A stretch of 62,521 nucleotides of DNA, counting the filler, from an uncultured bacterium (lineage in GTDB: Bacteria; Hinthialibacterota; Hinthialibacteria; Hinthialibacterales; Hinthialibacteraceae), in NCBI GenBank assembly GCA_964449065.1. It is 6 parts of 6 records of this genome, joined end to end, with 100 filler letters (N's around TTAATTAATTAA, not from the genome) between each part and the next. Parts side by side here need not be neighbours in the genome. Positions count along the whole stretch, not along the records: positions 52,293 to 62,521 come from CAYVAZ010000184.1; 5 more parts are not named here. The stretch is one strand, 5' to 3'. Position numbers and translations under genes: made by a program. Shown here piece by piece: positions 58,553-62,521 of this stretch. Each line of letters begins with the position of its first letter. The stretch's first letter is position 1. Below the pieces are notes generated by a model that saw only the letters and a program-made list of their open reading frames with translations, was not told the DNA's origin and did not search any database.

Positions 58553-61355
58553 TTAATACTTCACCCAATCCTGTATGGTTGTCGGTGACTTTGAGATATA
58601 CACCCAAATCGTATTATCGACTTCGCTGATGGCTAAAAAGTCTTGGATACCGTCGCCGTTTATATCACCGGTGTGAAGCAAATGAGCCATAACCGGGGCG
58701 GGGAACGAGACGGGGGAATCCTGATTGTGCAGCCGGAAGGCGATTGCATCGCGGCTGCCCGAAACGGTAATGAGTTCATCTACCCCGTCGCGGTTCATGT
58801 CGCGGGTTTGTATTTCGGTGATCCCATTCGCGATTGGAGTGAGAGGCTCTCTTGCATAGCGGGCAGGACTCTCGGCAAGAAAGAGAGAGGCTTCTCCAGT
58901 GATTTGGTTATAGGCAATAAAATCGGCCAGGGTGTCATCATTCAAGAAGCCGCTGATTAAGCGGTTGAAACTTTGTGGTATTGCAATTGTTGATTGGGGA
59001 AATAAAGAGCCGTTTTCCAAAATCGTTTGGAGCGCGATCAGGTTGGAATTTTCGGTGCTGGATATCAGTTGATGGCGGATAGTTCCCCGGTGCTCTAACA
59101 CCGCGGCTTGGATGGTGTTGTTGGCCAACGACGTGCGCCGCGGGGAGCGGAAAATGCCGTTTTCCAATGCTTCCATCACGAATAGGGCGTTTCGGCTTTC
59201 TCCGGCCAAAATAACATCCATTCTGCCATCATCGTTGTAGTCGGCGGTGAAGGCTTCTTCCGGCGGATCATCCAATACTACCGATTCCGTTTGTGTTAAT
59301 GCTTGCTCCGATTTTATATCCATAAGATGAATTTCGCTGAATTGTCTTGAACCCGCAATAAGGATGGGATTGCCTTCTTCTTGATAAGCCAATAGAAACG
59401 ACAACGGATTCACGCGAATGGGTTGAATAGTTATTTCAAACGAATTGGCAGAAGAAATATCAATTTGGGTCAACTCGCTGATGGATTTCGCCAAGAGATA
59501 GAGTTCATCGTTGCCGTCGCCATTCAGATCAACCAACGCGGCGTCGCGAATGCCTTCGGCGGTGCTGGGAATTTCCAACCGGGTGTATAAGTCTGTTGTG
59601 AACGGTACCGCTCCAACCGGAGTGGGGGGTATGGTGGCGGCCGGCGGCACGGTTGGGGTAGCGGTGTGCGTAAAACTAGGTGTTGGTGTAAAGGTTGGCG
59701 TTGGTGTGAAGGTTGGCGTTGCGGTTGCCGTGGGTGTATTGGTCACTGTTGGCGTGTGAGTCGGGGTGGCCGTTGGGGTGGGTGTGGGCATGGATGTGTT
59801 GGTTGCCGTTGAAGTTGGCGTGGATGTTGATGTTGGTGAAGCCGTCGCCGTCGGGGTGGCGGTGGCTGTTGGTGTATTGGTCGCTGTTGGTGTTGCTGTG
59901 GCGGTTGGGGTAGGGGTATTGGTGAACGTTGGTGTGGCTGTGTTTGTCGCCGTAAATGTTGCNNNNNNNNNNTGTTTGCGTGGGGGTTGGGGTTTCTGTT
60001 GGGGTGGGGGTGAATGTAGCCGTTGGCGTCGCGGTAGGGGTGGGTGTAATGAACATGGGGATTTGAGACAATATGGCTACATCCGACACCCCACCGGTAT
60101 TAAAAGAGAAGCCCATGGCCAGTAAATCGACAAATGTGCTTTGATTGACATCCGCCAAAAACAGGCTGCCGCTGATCATTGTATTGAGAGATATGCGGTT
60201 GCGGGGAGATGGTAACGGAATGAGCCGATTGCCGATGATCTCAAAAACAGTTACAAACCCTCTATCATTTCCTTGCTCGAAATTGATGGTTCCAAAGGTT
60301 GTGTAGACTTCTTCAATTCCGTCTTTGTCAGCGTCTACCACTTGCATATTGTGTGAATTGGCCCCGATGGTTTCGGTTTGTTCTAAGACAAATTCAAAAG
60401 GAGAGGGTTGGGAAAACAAATGAATTTTTCCCTCCGAACCAAACCCTAAAGGCTTGGAATCATGTACAAGAAGAGAGGGTAAGCCGCCCTGCGGCTGTAG
60501 AACTTCCAGATTGATGGCCGCCAGATTGGGAATTGTGTTTCTGAGTTGAAATCCCCCTTCTGGTATTCCTTCGTAAATACGGGTTTCTTGGGATGGGTCG
60601 CTTTGAAATGGCAGCATAATTACGTCTAATACATCATCTAAGTTTATGTCATGCAAGATCATTTTATCGGACCGGAAGGTGTCTATGCCAACACCTTCAG
60701 CAGGCTCAAAGGTTCCGTCTCCATTGTTTTTGATTAAAAAGACATTGGTGCCGATTTCTTGCAGGGGGGATGACAAGTTGACTAAAATGTCGGGGATGTC
60801 GTCGTTGTCTAAATCTTCCACTTCAATCACGGGGGCGAATGAGGTTGGATTGTTGCGGGCGAAAATCAGCGGTTCATCTTCCGAAAAGGTTAAGGGCGTT
60901 TCGGTTTGCGGCAGCCAGCGAATGATGAGGGTTTTGTCAAAACTTCCTGTCACAGTGGTAAAGTGTGAGATCACCAAATCGGTTCGGCCGTCTTGGTTTA
61001 AGTCGCTGGCTACGACTTGCTTTGGAGAAGAAATCGGGAAACTGATATCCGGGTTGTTTAAGGAAGGATTCGATATAAGGTCAAAATCGGAATACATATC
61101 GATGCGGTCTGAAAGACTGCTGTGAATGAGAATTTCCGGTATGTTATTATCATTTAAATCAATGGCTTGAATGTCGTCCGGGAATGATAAAGGGACGTTT
61201 CTAATGTCGAGGAATTGGTTGAAGAACGGGCCTTCCGGGTCGGGAATGAGAACGGGAACAGGGTTTTGGGTATGAGATAGGGAAGGACAAAACCATCCTA
61301 TAACAAGAAAATAAAAGAAAAATTGAAATAACCCCTTCATTCGCAGTGAGCCCAT
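58553..61355 (-). CDS. Large secreted FG-GAP/VCBS-repeat protein: two repeat regions joined by a Pro/Thr linker (one gene across the 10-N gap)
   Basis: Signal peptide; repeated DLNxDGxxD motifs in both ORF halves; (TP)n on both sides of gap 59963-59972; ends TTIQDWVKY. Confidence 0.8.
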
Positions 61356-61423
61356 CTCCCTTGTTCATTCCACTGGATAGTATATCAAAATATTGTCAAA
61401 CCATCTATGAAATTCTATGATTT

Positions 61424-62455
61424 TTATGACTCATCATGTTTGACATGTGGAAGAAAGGCGGTTAACAAATCCCGGTTGATAAGAATTCCTTCTGGCGTTT
61501 TAACCAGCAATTGCATCTCGATTAATTTATCAATGTCTCTTTCTAAAGTCCTCTGTTTTTTTGTTGCGTAAAGCAATTGAATGGAAGAGTCTTTCCAAAT
61601 GGATTTTATTGGCATAGGGGTAAATATATCGGTAAGATAAAGAACAAGTTGCTTTTTTCTTATATCAGTACTTTTCAGTGAACCGCCGAATGTATCTTCC
61701 ACTAAATTAAGCCAGGAAATGCGCCATTGAATACCCCGGATGGTTTTCAATTGTTCCTTTAATCCATCCACGAACCCTTGTAACCCATATAAGAGGAACG
61801 GAAAAACATTTCCACCGGATTGACTTGCATACTCCAATTGCCTGTAATATTCGTTTCGTGTCTGGTTGTAGTGGTTACTTAAAAGATGAGCTGCTGGAGA
61901 AGGTATGCCGGAAGACAATAATAACTGAAACTCTACTAAACGGGCAGTCCGTCCATTTCCATCCCCAAAAGGGTGAATCCAAGCGAGATATAAATGGGAC
62001 AATAACGCTTTCAAGATGCCGATACTGATACGGTCCAAACCGGGATGAGCGACGCCTTTGTTAATAAAATGGCATAGTTTCTCTAACAAGAATTCACAAT
62101 CCTCCGCAGGTGCACCTTTGTACCTTCCGACTCCAACTGAATGGGTTCGAACTTGTCCAGGTATGACTCCTTCTTCTACGGACAAATTCTGGAGAATTAC
62201 CCGGTTATAATTCTTTATATCATTGACGGATAACTGCCCCAGGTTATCAATACGGTTCAAAATCGAATTGCATGCTTCCAAGACATTATCAACTTCTTTT
62301 TGAAGGTATTCTTTTGAAGAAGGAAGAGTAAGTTTTCCTTCGATGCGCTGTCTCACTTCCTCTTCAGTTAACGTATTGCCTTCTATTGCTGTAGTGGCTG
62401 CAATTCCTTTCGCCAAATAGATGCGATGTAATTCTTGATCCACATTGGGCATCAA
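61424..62455 (-). CDS. Fic-domain protein
   Basis: TTAIEGN and canonical HPFGDGNGRTAR motif; C-terminal HTH-like region. Confidence 0.9.
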   Translation of the reverse strand: MMPNVDQELHRIYLAKGIAATTAIEGNTLTEEEVRQRIEGKLTLPSSKEYLQKEVDNVLEACNSILNRIDNLGQLSVNDIKNYNRVILQNLSVEEGVIPGQVRTHSVGVGRYKGAPAEDCEFLLEKLCHFINKGVAHPGLDRISIGILKALLSHLYLAWIHPFGDGNGRTARLVEFQLLLSSGIPSPAAHLLSNHYNQTRNEYYRQLEYASQSGGNVFPFLLYGLQGFVDGLKEQLKTIRGIQWRISWLNLVEDTFGGSLKSTDIRKKQLVLYLTDIFTPMPIKSIWKDSSIQLLYATKKQRTLERDIDKLIEMQLLVKTPEGILINRDLLTAFLPHVKHDES

Positions 62456-62521
62456 AGGTATAAAAGTAACTCACGTTACGCACTACATTATGATATGCCC
62501 GTTTTTCTCATCGTTCGCTGA

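Overview
The window is not one continuous locus. It is six roughly 10.2-10.5 kb contigs in descending size order, joined by N/TTAATTAATTAA/N spacers (10471-10570, 20976-21075, 31455-31554, 41855-41954, 52193-52292), with two further internal N gaps that fall inside low-complexity repeats (28851-28950, 59963-59972). It looks like part of a draft or metagenome-assembled genome of a flagellated diderm bacterium. Housekeeping content: hom, lysC, cimA, partial metH, a mitochondrial-type aconitase, tRNA-Cys(GCA), flgK and flgL. Other clusters: a T2SS-like operon followed by a sigma-54 two-component system; an SDR/SIS/MetE-like/MBL operon; and a ThiF/TauE/ABC-exporter cluster. About ten small toxin-antitoxin-like modules and several REP-like/MITE repeat families are scattered between genes. 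Best leads: (1) a stand-alone colicin E3-like RNase gene, missing from the ORF track, split by a 231-bp MITE and translationally coupled to a duplicated small partner protein (48683-49640); (2) a shared C-terminal motif [ST]x[VI]x[DE]WxxY-stop on two unrelated secreted proteins, a candidate sorting signal; (3) a secretin encoded as two separately exported chains split inside the N3 domain. All family assignments are by-eye motif recognition; no database search was run.
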